Shown: one piece after another, positions 37,906 to 52,160 of the stretch
Position numbering within the stretch: position 1 is the first letter of the stretch
Layout: every line of letters begins with the position of its first letter
Source: Phoronis australis
Lineage: Eukaryota; Animalia; Phoronida
Direction: 5' to 3'
Assembly (NCBI GenBank): GCA_002633005.1
Contig: NMRA01000494.1
Span: forward strand, 77,195 to 141,194
DNA length: 64,000 bases
The notes under the pieces: generated by a model
Told to the model about the DNA's origin: nothing
Database searches by the model: none
Seen by the model: the letters and a program-made list of their open reading frames with translations, nothing else
Position numbers and translations under genes: made by a program

Positions 37906-40900
37906 ATCACTGCCAGGAAACAGCTCCACAACACGTGCCATCTTCCAAGAATTCCGGGGAACGTTATCGTCAACAATTAGCCCAACGTCGTTGACCGATA
38001 AATTTCTGTGAGCACGTTTCCACTTTGAGCGTTCTTGTAGAGTGACTAAATATTCCTTTCGCCATCGATTCCAAAAGCAGTTGGCCAGATACTGCACACG
38101 CTTCCACATTTTGCGACAGGTAACATCACTTTCCTCGAATTTTCCTGGCGGCACCATCCACTGCGAGCGTAGTGTAAGAATGTGGTTCGGTGTCAACGCG
38201 TTGAAGTCATTTGGATCGTCGGTAACAGTCGTAAACGGCCGGCTGTTGATGATGGATTCGACCTCACAAATGAAAGTGTGGAAAGCATCGTCGTTGAGAT
38301 TTCTTCCATGTGACCTTAAAAGACCATTGAGTATCTTCCTGATAGTGCGAACTTGACGTTCCCACACGCCTCCATGGTGGCTTCCAGTCGGTGGATTAAA
38401 TTTCCATTTCACCTCACGGCTCAACAACTCATCATTGATCTGTTGCTCCAGCCTCAATTCACGGTCAGCTCCGCGAAAATTCGTTGCATTATCGCTGCGG
38501 ATTTCTTTCACTTCACCTCTCCGAGCCATAAAACGACGGAGAGAATTTATAAAGGAGCTCACATCGAGGTTTCTTGAGATTTCTACGTGAACAGCTCGCA
38601 TACTAAGACAAGTGAAGACAACTGCATATCGCTTGCATTCTCGTCGTCCTTCTTTCACCACAAACGGTCCCAAATAATCAACGCCCGACCGAGCAAAGGG
38701 GACGTCATAAGAGACTCTATCTGCAGGCAAGTCGGACATCTTCTGGCACGAAGTTGGAGCCTGTAGGCGTTTGCACGTAACACACTGTCGCAAAATTCGT
38801 CGCACATTTGAGTTGGCATGGATAACCCAGTAAGTTTCGCGTATTTTCGCTAGGGTATGGTTTCTTCCTGCATGTCCCAACTTCTCGTGTGCATCGCGTA
38901 TAATCAAATCACTTAGGTGACTATTCTTAGGTATAATTATTGGGTGACGTTCCGTAAATGGTATCTCAGCACACCTCAACCTCCCTCCAACAACCAGAAC
39001 GCCGTTAACATCAAGCACAGGATTGAGGGATACGATAGGGCTTGCTCTTGAAAGTTTCCCGCCGTTCTTTAGTGCTGAAATATCTGATGAAAATTCTTGT
39101 CGCTGAACACTTTTGATGATCACGATTTTCGCAACGTTAAGATGTTCAACAGTCAGTTGAGCGTTTTGGCAATCAAACTTCTTCTTGCGAGCCATTCGGC
39201 TGTCAACAAAACGTGCAATCTTTGGGGGATCATGTACATTCGTGGCAATTTCGGCCTCGACGACCTTTCTATCTGCAGCCCACCTACGCAATAAATCCTT
39301 GAAGTGCAATAACCACGCACATCCGCGTGTCAGCTTATACCAGCTTGAGTAATGTTGGATTAAAACAGTTATCGGATCTCCAGGGGAGTCAGTGCACATA
39401 CCGTATGAGTCGACTTTGACTTCAGGGTCAGTTTCGGGGAAACTTGTGACGATGGCCTGCGTTGGCCAGTTGGCTTCCGTCTTCCACAAGAATTCGGGTC
39501 CGTTCAACCAGCACGTGTTGATCAGCAGGTTCTCAGCACTTGTACCCCGTGATGCTACGTCTGCTGGGTTTTCGGTTGTTTTCACGTATCGCCAGTGACT
39601 GGGGAGCGACTTGTCACGAATCTGGCTGATTCTGTTGGCTACGAACACTTTGAATTGCCTGGCATCGTTGTTAATGTAGCGCAACACTGTCATGCTGTCG
39701 GTCCAAAATATGACATCGTCAACAGGAAACTCTAACTCATTTTCCATCATTCTGCCAATACGTGCGGCAACTGTTGCAGCGGTAAGCTCCAGCCTGGGAA
39801 CGGTGATGAGCTTAAGCGGTGCTAGTCTTGACTTCGCCATCAGGAAAGAACAATGTATACGTTCTGAGTCATCGACCTGTCGCAAGTAGATCACACAGCC
39901 GTATGCATAAGAGCTGGCATCTGCGAAACAGTGCAATTGTCGAAGTTTCACATCCCCGAAATCAACAGGCTTGAGGCAGCGGCCGACAACAAATGATTCA
40001 AGCATGGAAATCTGTCGTTGCCATTCGATGAATTTCGATCGGAAGTCGCTCGGAATTTCGTCATCCCATCCAACTGCGCTGCAGCAAAGCTGTTGAAGGT
40101 AACGTCTGGCCGGAAGCACTGCCGGTGCGGCGAAACCAAGGGGGTCGTAAAATGACGATACCATAGACAAAATACCTCGTCTGGTGAAGGAGTAGTCTTT
40201 CAGACGAGTCTTGAAAGTAAACACGTCTTTCTCAACGGACCATATCACACCCAAGGCACGACTGGCTGGCAAATCGTCAATGGCCAAATCTAGGGTTTTA
40301 ACTTCTTTGGCGCGGTCACTTTCAGGGACACCTTCAATAACGTTTCGGCGATTACTCAACACCTTCATCAGATTGAAACCACCTGCGGCACAGACGTCTC
40401 TTAGTTTGCGGACAAGGCGAACAGCTTCTTCAGTTGTCTTGACAGACCGTAGACAGTCGTCTACATAAAAATTACGCTTAATAGTGTTGTAAACCACTGG
40501 ATCGTCGTACGCAAAATCATCTGCTGTCTTGCGCAGCGCAAAATTAGCACAACTGGGCGAGGAGGATGCGCCAAAGAGATGGACAACCATCTGCAAATCT
40601 TCTGGCTCAGTGCTGTAATTATCATCTGGCCACCAAAGAAAGCGAAAATAGTCCCAATCGTGTGGCGGTACACGCACTTGATGAAACATGGCCTCTACGT
40701 TCATCATGACTACGACTCTCTCTTCCCGGAACCTGGTAAGCACACCAACAATAGAATTTGGCCCATATAGAAGGCAGTCGTTTGCGCTTTCCCCTGGCAT
40801 TTGGCGCTACAGTCAAATACAACCCGCACTTTGCCTGGTTTATTTGAGTTGTAAAAACCGTGGTGCGGGATGTACCGTACTTTGCCTTTCATAGGTTTCT

Positions 40901-43810
40901 GGTCGGGAGGTACCTTACGAGCGTAGCCTTTGCTCAGAATGTCGTTCATGAAGGTTTCGTAATCTTGTCGATAGGTAGAGTTGCTAAACAACTTTCTTTT
41001 AAGGCCTCTTGCTCTCGATTGGGCTATCTCTCGGTTGTTCGCAACAGTATCACTTCCCTCTCGAAAGGGCAATGGAAATATGTAATGACCATCTGCGTGC
41101 TGAACGCCTCGGTTCACAGCATGTACATGTAGGAATCGTCTGTCGTCTTGGGAGTAGACGGCGTCGTCCTTCTCGTTAGCAGCGTATTCGCCGGTAAAGT
41201 CGTATTCGAATAATTTCTGAAGGAGCTGGCTTTGACTGACTTCCTTCATTTGGTCGAATATTGACAGTTGTCTAAACATTTCTGTGGTTGGGTTTTCCGT
41301 CATAAACACATAGTTGCACGAAATAACACGCGTTGTCAAGTTCTGCAGTGCTATGGAAACGGGGCCGATGATCAACCACCCGAGTCGAGTCAACACGGCG
41401 TAGGGCCACCGTCTCTGCCTGGCACAACCTGTAGTGGTTCAGTCGCCTTGGCGCAGTTACTGCCGATAAGAAGGCCGATGTCAACATCAGAGTGGTCATC
41501 TGGAATGTCTATATGACGTAAGTAAGACCACTGAGTTGACCACATCTTGAGCGGTGGGAATTCCTTCTCTAGATACAGTAATCTTGAAGTGGGCGTATAC
41601 AACAGGGAGGTTTATAACGTTCTGGCCAATCAAATCCTCTGCCTCCGTTTCAACCTCTGATTGTCCGTACATGGTTGTGAGCTGAAGCCTGCTCGGCACA
41701 CCATTCACATTAAATTGACTTAACAGATCATTTGTCGCAAAACAGCCTGATGAACCATTGTCAAGGAAGGCATAGGTGACGATGCTATCTTCGGAATTCG
41801 CCTTCTTGATACGCACAGGTATGATCGGCATCATAAGTGTAGTGTTGTGTGATGTAGTGGCGAATGTACCCCTGCGATCACCACCACGATCACTTAATTC
41901 TGTGTTCGTGGTCGCATCTCGGCGTTCTTGTTGGGTATCATGATCTTGTCGCTTGTTCTGTTTGGCTGCTGCGGGTTGGCGCTTGGGAACTTCAAACCCG
42001 TCGATGTGCATAATGATTGGGTGTCGTTTGTTGCATTTTTTTGCATTGTCCTTTGGATCTACAATTTTTCGAAGAATNTAACTCTGTGTTCGTGGACGCA
42101 TCTCGGCGTTCTTGTTGGGTATCATCTTGTCGCTTGTTCTGTTTGGCTGCTGCGGATTGCCGCTTGGGAACTTCAAACCCGTCGATGTGCATAATGGTTG
42201 GGTGTCGTTTGTTGCATTTTTTGCATTGTCCTTTGGCTCTACAATTTTTCGAAGAATGTCCGGGTTTTAAACATCCGAAACATAATTTCCGTTCAATCAC
42301 AAATTGTCGTCTTTCCTCGTAAGGTTTCGCACACAAAGCGTTACAAACATCTACGCGATGGTTGCCGTTACAGTAGATGCAAGAGACAGTTTGATGCTGG
42401 GTAATGTTCACCTCTAATTTACCAGTTGGTCGCTTACCGAAAACTGGATCAGAAAAGATGAAGGACTCATCACAAACAAAGTTCACAAAATACTCGAATG
42501 TCACGTCACGAGTAAATCTGCCGCGAATCTTACTGGCCTCGCGCCGCCATCTATTTTGCATAGGCGCAGGCAGTTTTGACATGAGTTCTTGAAGATTTTT
42601 GGGATGGTCAAGTTGGATCAACTGATTAATGTCTTTCAAGGCATTATAAGCAGTCTTTAGAGCAATTGAAAAACGGGAAATCGGCACAGAATCTTCTAAA
42701 ACCAACTCTTGCTGTCGTTTNTGGGATCCGAGGAAAGTCCAAAAGTTTTTGAACGTATGCTGTTGCCACAACAAAACTATTGCCATATTGTTGCTCTGAG
42801 AGCCGTTTGGCTTCAGAATACCCATTGTACGTTGGCATGTGTAAACAGCTTCGCACAAGTTCATTCGCACCTCCTGAAGTATACTGCTCTAGATAATAAA
42901 GTTTATCAATCTCGGAATCCAGCTTGCTTTCTACGCGAACTTCAAACGCCCTGATGAACTGACGGTACTGGTCTGCATCCCCGTTGAATTTCTTTATCTT
43001 TGGTGTAGGCAAGGACCTTCTAGCAACGAAGTCCAAAATACCCGAAACGTTCTCGGCGCTTGGCATAAAATAACGAGAGTTCACAGAAGGTGGCGCTAAT
43101 GCGGGAGCGACGGATACAGCCGGAGGATAGTAACAAGTGCTAACAGCAGGTGTCGCCAATGCGGGCGAGGACGATGTAGCCGGTGGATAGTTCATAACAG
43201 GACGCGCTAGTGTGGGAGCAGCGGATGCAGCCTGCCACATAGTCGCTGGATCACAAGGTACACAGGGTGCAAACCTAGGCACTGCACACACAGCAGGTGT
43301 CGACATAGACACAGTCACTGGATCACAAAACGAAGATACGGGCACAAAGTCTGATGCAAAGCCAGGCACTGTGGACACAGCAGGTGTCGACATAGTCACA
43401 GTCACTGGATTACATAACGAAGATACGGGCACAAAATCTGATGCGGATACATTGAGTGACGAACTGTGAGGGTTGCGAGAGGGGGTATGCTGCTCACTAA
43501 CGTCATCGAACCCAGCTTCCAACTCAGCCAACTCAGCGTGGATCTCAAGTTCCTGACGCTTGAAACTTATTATACTGTCCTCCTTGCGTCGTTCCGCATC
43601 CAAACGTAGTTCTTCTAAAACCAACTCTTGCTGTCGTTTCAGAATGTCTTGCTTAATTCGCAGTTCAGCTTTCCTCGCTCGTTGGGTGGCTCTTAGGTCA
43701 CGCTCGGTTGGCTCCCTATTCACGGTATCGATGTTGATAGGGGCATTGTGTAACTCGTCCACTGTTCCTGGATTCATATCCAAACTCTTGGTAGTCTCTT
43801 GAGCAGTCAT
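37906..43810 (-). mobile_element. BEL/Pao LTR retrotransposon gag-pol (frameshifted, 3' end lost at N)
   Basis: Gag DUF1759-like IKKFNGDADQYRQF..KLYYLEQYTSG; three zinc knuckles (CIYCNGNH, CFGCLKPGHSSKNC, CKKCNKRH); protease YAFLDNGS; RT YIPHH..KPGKVRVVFDCSA and NFYVDDCL; RNase H HCFADAS, VPRLELTAA, FWTDS; integrase HHCC, GVDYLGP, RSDNATNF, GGVWER; C-terminal FWNRWRKEYL. Confidence 0.97.
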
Positions 43811-43821
43811 TTGAAACAAAA

Positions 43822-44116
43822 TGTAGGAGCCATGGGCATTGAACACACGGGATAGTCGGATATGATACGTTTATTTTCAACAAGGTTGACGTTATGCTTA
43901 CTGTCCGACAAGGCCGGTTTCACTGAAACAAATATAACGAATAATAAGTCTTTGGAAATACAGCGTTCACGTTACAATACAATAAAGATATTCCACGTAA
44001 TACAGCATGGGCTAATTAAACAGTCTTACACAATACGAGAAACAGCCAGTGAATTCTACGGTAATATGCGGAAAAATAGTATAAACTTACAATGATATAG
44101 GCTCTAGGCTCCATAA
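43822..44116 (-). repeat. Putative 5' LTR of the BEL/Pao element
   Basis: On the minus strand it ends GGCTCCTACA just upstream of the gag ATG (43810), with an imperfect inverted match at 44107-44116. It contains AATAAA (43875-43870) and a GTAAG..TTTCAG intron-like segment (44090-43923). No second LTR is available to confirm. Confidence 0.55.
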
Positions 44117-46315
44117 AAACATCGTTAGCGTTGTACGCGTTACCAGTATAGCGGTTCATGTCAAGAAGGCCAGATAGTACCGGAAAGTCTGTTATATAAG
44201 AAGCTTAACCAATTGACACACGTAGTATGACGTAACCTTACGCACTGCAAAATAAAATAGTGCATCAACAAAGATCATCAAGCATGTGAATGTTTTTATT
44301 CTAATGAGGCGTGCTTCGAATGTACAATTAGTAATCATAGTTTTGCAGTGGTTCATATGAGATGGATTCATTAAACCCAGTAAATATTTTTGCAACTGCC
44401 GATCTGCATATTAGACATGCATATTGCATCATATCTCATCAGAGTAAAACTTGTTATCAATCATAGTAGAAACATTTATTTTTATCATTGCCTCAAGACC
44501 TTAACAAACATAGTCAGTGTCTGTAACTGTTGTGTATACATTGCTGATAAATTAAAGTCGGTCTAATTCCATTTTTATATCACTGATTCATGCCAAAGGT
44601 TTGAAATTGTGCCCCCTTAAGAGTTTTGACTGGTGATCACTAGAATCCGATGCAATAAAGTTGTTGTTTTTTAACCAGGGTAATAGAGTCGACAATTGTT
44701 TGCGTTTTCCTTTGCGAGAGTGTTCTTTTTGAATCACCGGATTAATCATTTTAACGCTCTACATGAAAACACAGACTACTTTTTTAGGATAACATGTACC
44801 AGGTTAACCCGAAAATATTATTCTCAAAGTTTTACCCCTTGGATTATACGCGAAACGGCAGGTATTGTGTTAATACGCCAAAGGGCTCGGAAGGCTCTAG
44901 CCTTGGTGCGAAGCTGTTTACTAAATTAAATATACAAATTTGTGCCGTTGTGGTTAAAAAATAACCGAAAAAAATCTTCCAAGAGTATTCTAAATTATTT
45001 AACAGCGATGCAAAAATTGTTTTTTTTACAATTATTGTGCTGCTAAACTTATGGTGTGATCTTTTGCGTCGATTTCGGCGCAATGAAATATTGCGTCACC
45101 TATTAGCCAGTTTCTCTTTCCCAGATTCTTCAATCAAACGTTCTCCCTCGAGGTTGCGTAAACTTCACGACAAATGATCAGAATTGGTTTCACTTCATTT
45201 TATGCTTTTGGAATGTTGATATCAGTGAACAAATTTTGCTGAGATGTTGTCACCATCTAATGGGAGATGTCGAACACATTTTGAAAGTGGCGCGTGTCAC
45301 GAATGAACTCTTTTCAAAACGACGACATAAGTTTTTTCGTTACAAAAGGCAGAGAATTGCGCAAGAAGATGACATCGGGTGTTTTTCGGTTCAGCGGCCG
45401 TAACGGGCAACTTGAATGCCAATTGACTTCCAGAGTTTGCATACACACTCACCGGTCTGGAGCTCATGTTGATACAAGCTTTTGGCGTGGTGACAAGCGT
45501 AACTATACGGGCTGTGTGAACTTTCGAGGTCTGTTTGAGCTCAATACGCAGTGGCACCTTACTGTTTTTTGGAAACAGTCTTCACAGCTAGCTGGCTAGA
45601 TAGGAAGGCTCTAGCTTCGAAAATTTTTTTTCTGCGAAAGTGACAACAGTATCAGAATGATGGTTGATGACACTATCAACCGTTCACAGTCTTCCGTTTT
45701 CATGCGCCCTTGATTTGATATCGCCGCTATGTTCAAACCCTTGTTTATGTTGTTCCTAAAATAAACTTGGGTTCTATTGCTGTACCAACATATTAAGAAA
45801 TTATACAGAAATAAACAATTATTATCTGTCGTAAAGCGCAATATACAGCGTGATGAAGTGATGATCAAGAGCACTAACGGATGAGCGCAAATGCGTGCTG
45901 CTTGTTGAGCATTCCGCGGCATGAAAACATTTGAGGTCGTAAAATTATCAGTGTTGTATTCTGATTTTTATGCAATTTTGCTGTAAATTTCAAATTCCGT
46001 GCTTGTGTTTGTGCATAATGTACTGTATAAAAAGTCTCATGTTTAAAGTTAGAAATTATGCTTCCGCGATATCACTTAACGTTTAATTTTACCACGCCAA
46101 CATTAATTCACCATAAGGTTTCAGGATGGTGTAATGTCATGCACTTCGTATTTGTAGGTTGATTCGATTTTACCTCCATTCAATATTTGAAAAAAAATTG
46201 ATAAACCGATGTCAAGACCGGAGTTGCCACTGGTAAACGAACAGCGAACAGTTAAATGTTTATTTGTCCAAAGTTCACCCGCTAAGTCATAAAATGGTTA
46301 TTGCCGACCAAGGAC

Positions 46316-46496
46316 ACGCTTAATTCGAATTGGTCGTCTACGCTAGGCGACCACTTAACCGACCCAGGTGCTGACCACAGAGGCGACTCAGCAGGCGGCT
46401 CATAACCGACCGTTGTTGGTCGGCTGCTGGTCGGCTAGACGACCGGTCGACAGCCGGTCGTCGACCAATTTCCGACCTGTCGGACAAAAATTCGTG
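46316..46496. mobile_element. Fold-back MITE-like element rich in CGACC/GGTCG
   Basis: CACG..CGTG ends and many CGACC and GGTCG motifs in opposing orientation; TSD not resolved. Confidence 0.4.
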
Positions 46497-48586
46497 ATGT
46501 GTGCTGTACGTCACTGAAGTCCATACCACAATAGAAAATACATTTGCACCACGAACTGCTGTCACATTGAACGAACATTGACTGATGCTGATGCATCTCT
46601 GCCACGTTGTCTCTGCGTCATATTTCGCTAAACTCATCATTTTGAGAATATTTTGGGCAAACGTTTTGTTAAAAAAATGTTCTGTAAAGTTTTGTCAAAA
46701 TCTGTTAAGCGGTTTTAGCAGTAATCGAAAGTCAAGAAGAACCCTGTGTACGCATAAGAATGTTGGGAAAGTGTTTCTCACCAACGGGACCCCCTTGACG
46801 TATACGGGCGCCGGAGCTGTGCCTCCCCCCTCGACAATACTCCATCAAAAATATGCACCCTTAAAGAACTTGAAAATAAACTCTGTGAATTTCAGAAAAA
46901 GAAAATGTTTTTATAACACTAAAATGTTACATTTTTCTGCAGTATCATAAAATTATTTCTTATGCTTATGGTACCAGCTGCTTGCAAGAACCTTGCAAAT
47001 GTCAGTCGGGACTGCGATGACCATGTACTGAGTACAAATTTAACTTAATTTAATTTAGCTACCTCTCAAAAATAAACCAATGTACACGTTAATACAAATA
47101 AAGCTCAAACATTTTCTTGGAAGAACTCACAAAACCCAGGGGATGCCCAGTTTTATGTTCCCCCGGTTGCTCGTCACAAATCTGTATGACTTCGAGAATT
47201 GCTTATAGTATTCTGTTTAGATAAACAACACGTTTCTTGTTTCCAATTTATATATTTTCAGCAATATCAATTTTTTATGTTTCAAGGCAGGCCACTGGAC
47301 CACATTACAAAGCATTACATAAGCACTTCTGTGCGCATGCGCACACTTTTTACATTTTGACAATAGATTCGCGTCTTCGATAAAAAGTTCTTACTCTTTT
47401 ATACCTTTGATTACATTATGTTTACAAAAGTACCATTGGCCATATTTATGATAGGAAGTAAGTATTTTTGGCAAAGATCGTTATTTGTAATTAATTACTC
47501 AAATGAGTCTGTTAACCAGCAATGTCAATCTCCCTCATTTCACAAGCGCGTCTACCCGTTTGTGTAGGCAACTCTAACAAAAATTTACAGAGAACCATTT
47601 TTACATCCTTCTACGCATGAAAATGCCACGCCTCGCAGTAGTACATGGGAATATGTTAGCGCTGAACAGTTCCAACCAAAGTGTATCTGCAATAACAGAA
47701 AAGGTTTGCATGTCTTTTTAGCACAGACAATGATATGCAAGATTTTTCTGCCAGGTTTATGTATTTACCGAAATCGACTGATGGTAGTAAAAGACGGTGC
47801 CTCAATGAACTTAGCTGCAAGATGAAATTCAGAAAGTCTTCTTCGTCCGATCCCCATATAGTTTAATAGAATAACGATTTTTGCCTGTCTGAAATTACTC
47901 TCCATGACATTCTTCGACGAAATTTCGACAGTTCTACAGGTTGTCCTAAAACTACTCACCAATTCCAATGACAATGAATGCGTGTTTTATTGACTTAGGA
48001 ACAGGATTAGTGCTTTATAATTCACAAAGAGCAGAGGAAAGAGGATTCAACTCCTAACAGGCCAAGGAAGAATTGTCTTTGCACAACCTTGATGTGTTTT
48101 AGTTTCCAGTGGAATTGCGTAATGAATTTTCATTCTCCAAAATTGAGTCGTTTGTCATTTCTGTGCATACAGAGCTTGCAATGGCTCACGCACTCACTTA
48201 CAGTACAAGGTGTAACCGCACAGTAGGTCCGGGCGCAGAATTTGACCCACGGGAATTGGATTTGATCTCGTGGCATTGTAGTGAAGTGTGAGTATAAATT
48301 GGGCCAATATACTTTCGCTGCCATTTGTTGACACTGTTCAAAATGACTTTGGTAAACCACCTACAGAAGATGAAATCACGCACATGGCATTTACTGCCTC
48401 ATTGCTGATAGTATCCAAACTTCTATTGTGTAACCTGCTGAAGCAACGCAATGGAGCGACATGACTTGCGTGCAAAACCACATCTCAGAGTAATCTTAAT
48501 AACCCAAAGAATGTAGTGGAATTTGAGTGAAAACACAGAGGTAATACAGTTTTAGTATGCATACAGGCAAACTGTCAGCACAATAA

Positions 48587-51500
48587 CTAACTGGGTCTAA
48601 CACGACCAAAAATATCCCTGCATAATACTGGGTGGCTGGCATGGAGAAAATCATACACTGCCTCTATCCTGATGCCTTGCTCAACCATGCGAGCCTTGAT
48701 TTGATTTTGAGGCACTGAGTGATAGTCTGGCAGATCCGGGAATCCACGTGTTTGTATCACAGCCACGCTAGCCTCCTGTTCGTCATCGGGTACAAAACCA
48801 GGACTTCCTGAGCTGCCACGTCCAAATTTAAAACTTGTTCTGTAAAGTGTTCGCCGTGGGTCGTCGATTTTTGAGAATGCCTCAAACCCTGGAGGAAATA
48901 CTTTCTGAGCCCATTGCTTGAGGTCGCTAATCTGAAATGTGTAAACGAGTGATTTATCATTTGTTGCATGCAATCATTGAAAATTTAAAAATATGTCGCC
49001 TATATTCTTGCGTTCGTTGCAAACCGTGTAACCGAACTTTAGCCAACTGTCCGATTGATAACAGTACAACATATCCATTCAGCTGATCGACGTATTGAAT
49101 TCTGGGGCCCCTAAGAGACCTTTGCTCATTATGGACAATACTAAACCGGTAAAACCGCACAAAGAGCACAGGGTGCTAACCATGCGTCCCAATTTAAATA
49201 TAAAAGAGATACAGGATAGGGCATCATCTGGCGACAATCACAATAACTGTGACCGGATAAATAAAAAGGAACTATTTTGTCGACGTAGCAGGTTTCTGAT
49301 GTTGAAAACCAGCCATGCTTCAATCATTCACTGATGTTTGTCCATGTTTTTTGCGACAAATATTGTGTCATAACAGACAATGAGTCACTATCTGAAACTG
49401 TATGCAGCATCCAGGCTTGCGTTCAGTAGACGCTAGGACCTACGCTAGGACCTAGCTAAAACCTAGTCAAAGTCACGTGTTCTCATTTAAAATGCACGGC
49501 AACATTTCACGTATTCTTGCGAAGTCTTGCTTTTTAGCGAGGCCCTAGCGTTACTGAACGGGAGGCAGCTATGCACCACCACTGGCAATTTTGAAATAGT
49601 TCCGCACCTTCACACTTTCAGAGCTTATGATTGGCTAACGAGGCAAGACACAGAGCCAGCTCGATATTACTCAATATGGTTATAGCACTAGGAGGGCATA
49701 ACATTCTGCATTTAAGTAAACATTGTATGACTGAATAACGGGGTGTTCCGAATTTGAGGATATGTCTAGCCAACCAGACGTCCAGGGCCCCTGATCTGGT
49801 CAAATGTTGAAATGACTTGAGATGCAACTAGATGGCCATCTGTGTTGTATTGAAACATGTGTAATATTGTTCCTCTATTTTGCAAAGTTTAAGGTGAAGT
49901 AGGACCCTATGAAAATTTCCATTTTTAGGTAACTTCGGAACATCATCTCTCTGTCGGAAAGGGCTGAGCGTGAAACCCTCTGATATTATTCTTCAACGAT
50001 GTTTCCAAAACGAGCTTAGGTATATAATGGCATTTAATAATTTACCACTTGGTAGATGGGTGGCTTTCAAAATAGGCGGGTTTTTATGATTTCATGATGA
50101 ATTCTCAAGTTGCGAGCGACAAAACGAACTCGTGTTTTAGAAAACTGTAACAGGGTTTTTGAAACATAATATCAAATAAACACCCTCAACTCTATTGGTC
50201 TATTTGCACCAACCTCTAGCTACAACGCCAATGTAAACATGCCAGAGGCTGATGTAGACAGATGATATCACTACATCACCACATCAAACCGGTTTTAGGA
50301 AATCAAATGAAGTTTGATCGAGTTATTGATGATGGTGTTTTGCAATGAATGTTCCTATTTTTTTAAATTTTACTAAAAAGACTGGGACACATGACACGAT
50401 TACTGACGGATTGGTTATAAAGAAATTCTACAGACTCCTCCACCTTCAGAAAATATGCTGACATATAGTTTATATAGTTTTCTAGATAATTTGTTAAATA
50501 CTTGTTGATAGGTTCCCCATAACCTTGATATCTGTATTACAATAGCACGCGGCGGGCTTGAAGCAGACTGACCCGCTTACGTGACCATTTAAAGAGCAGA
50601 TGTATGATGCCCACAGTGAGTGAACGTTAGGCATGTAAATTACTTGTGCAAATTAATTATGAACGACGTAAATTGATTATTTGCAGCACTTAACGGCGTA
50701 AAAGTAATTATTTAAGTGCTTACTTAGCCTGCGTCGTAATGTGACCGGGGAAGACGGAAGGTTTAGTCAACAACAATCACCCTCTTGATTTAAGAATTTT
50801 CGGACTAAGTTACAATTTTTTCACTGATCAAGTCCTTAAAGGATTATTGTCCTGGTAAGTGAAAGAAACGGACACGTGCTTCACTATGAATGGCTTTGCT
50901 GTACAGCCAATCACCAGATGCTGCAGAAACACGTGACTACTTAGCGTGAAATGATGTCATCATCGTTTACCCTTTTCAGGAAATCTGCTGGATCCATAAG
51001 GACAACAGGACAATGGACTTGGACAACTTGATGGCCAGTTTCGTCTGAATGTCCAGCAAAATGTATATGTTGTTGTTGAGAAATAGCCTTGAATTTTGTC
51101 AATGCTGGCGGTAATGAGTGCTTGTTGATCTGTTCACAGTTGGTGAATGCTGCCGTAAGAGGCGAGTTGAAATCCAGTTCCAATACAGCCACATCTAGCT
51201 CTTCATTGTATGCTACCAGAGACCGGATAGGTATTGCTTTTGGTGTACACTGCTCTAATCGCTTGTCGAAGTAAAAGATTGCTGCGTTGTTATTCACTGT
51301 AAAACACAAGTGACTGAGATAAGCAGGTGAAGACTAATTGTCGTTTCATTACTAACGCAAATCCAAACCAATCAATGCCAGAGCCTAAACTTTAAGAACT
51401 AATTCCCAAAAATTTCTTTTATTTGAAAAAATCACGAAATTTTGTGTCGGAATTAACATTGCATAGTTCCTATTATAGTTTTTCAATGTGCAAAATTGAT

Positions 51501-52090
51501 TAAATACTGCGCACTTGCCGTCATTAACAGCCTTTATTCCGTTCACTTCGTATCCTCGGAACAAAGTTCTACACTCAACTGAACATTGGTGAAGCAACTG
51601 AACAACACATTGTTAAATGACACACGCTTTATTTTGAAACATACTTGTCTCATTCTCAAACGGAAATAAAATGACGCAATAATACTGCCACAGAGAGCAA
51701 GCTGCAGACAATCCTTGTCCTTACATGTTTGTACTTCCATGATAATTCGGAGACATGTTGACCTGTTCCATGTACTTCTGAACCAATGTAGACAAATTGT
51801 ACAATAGCAACTTACCACACAGGTAGATTTAACCTCGACAATCAATCAGCCATCGATATACTTACTGGGAACATCAAGATTCAGCAACTTATATACGTGA
51901 TAGTTCGTCATCACGTAAGTGAGCCCGACTCGGAAGCCCGACCCTACCCCAAGTCCATCTGACCGCTTAAGTTGGGCTACTGTTGATACTGCATTGGTCA
52001 GAGACTTTAGGAGGTGTGCTGAAATCACGTTGTTTCCCCTCTCTAAAAGACGAGACTGCATTTTTACGGGAACAGAGCGTGGGAAATATT
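48587..52090 (-). CDS. FAM111-like trypsin-fold serine protease domain (3 intact exons of a larger gene)
   Basis: Exons 52090-51866 (GSGFRVGLTYVMTNYHV; catalytic His), 51296-50971 (EELDVAVLEL; Asp; IHFAGH) and 48931-48587 (LYRTSFKFGRGSSGSPGF; Ser; VEQGIRIEAV; stop). GT-AG with matching phases 1/1/0. Confidence 0.85.
49415..49566. mobile_element. Small MITE (Harbinger-like) in protease intron
   Basis: Inverted ends CGTTCAGTAGACGCTAGGACCT / AGGCCCTAGCGTTACTGAACG, flanked by CAG. Confidence 0.55.
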
Positions 52091-52160
52091 CTGAAAGTTA
52101 AAAAGATGCATGGTAATGACACTTCGAAAATGTTGCAGTAAATGACTAAATACTGAATAC

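Noticed and set aside
41900-42260. Duplicated zinc-knuckle segment in BEL gag
   Set aside because: Near-identical copies meet exactly at N 42078; most likely an assembly overlap. Likewise 42692-42720 copies 43611-43639 next to N 42721.
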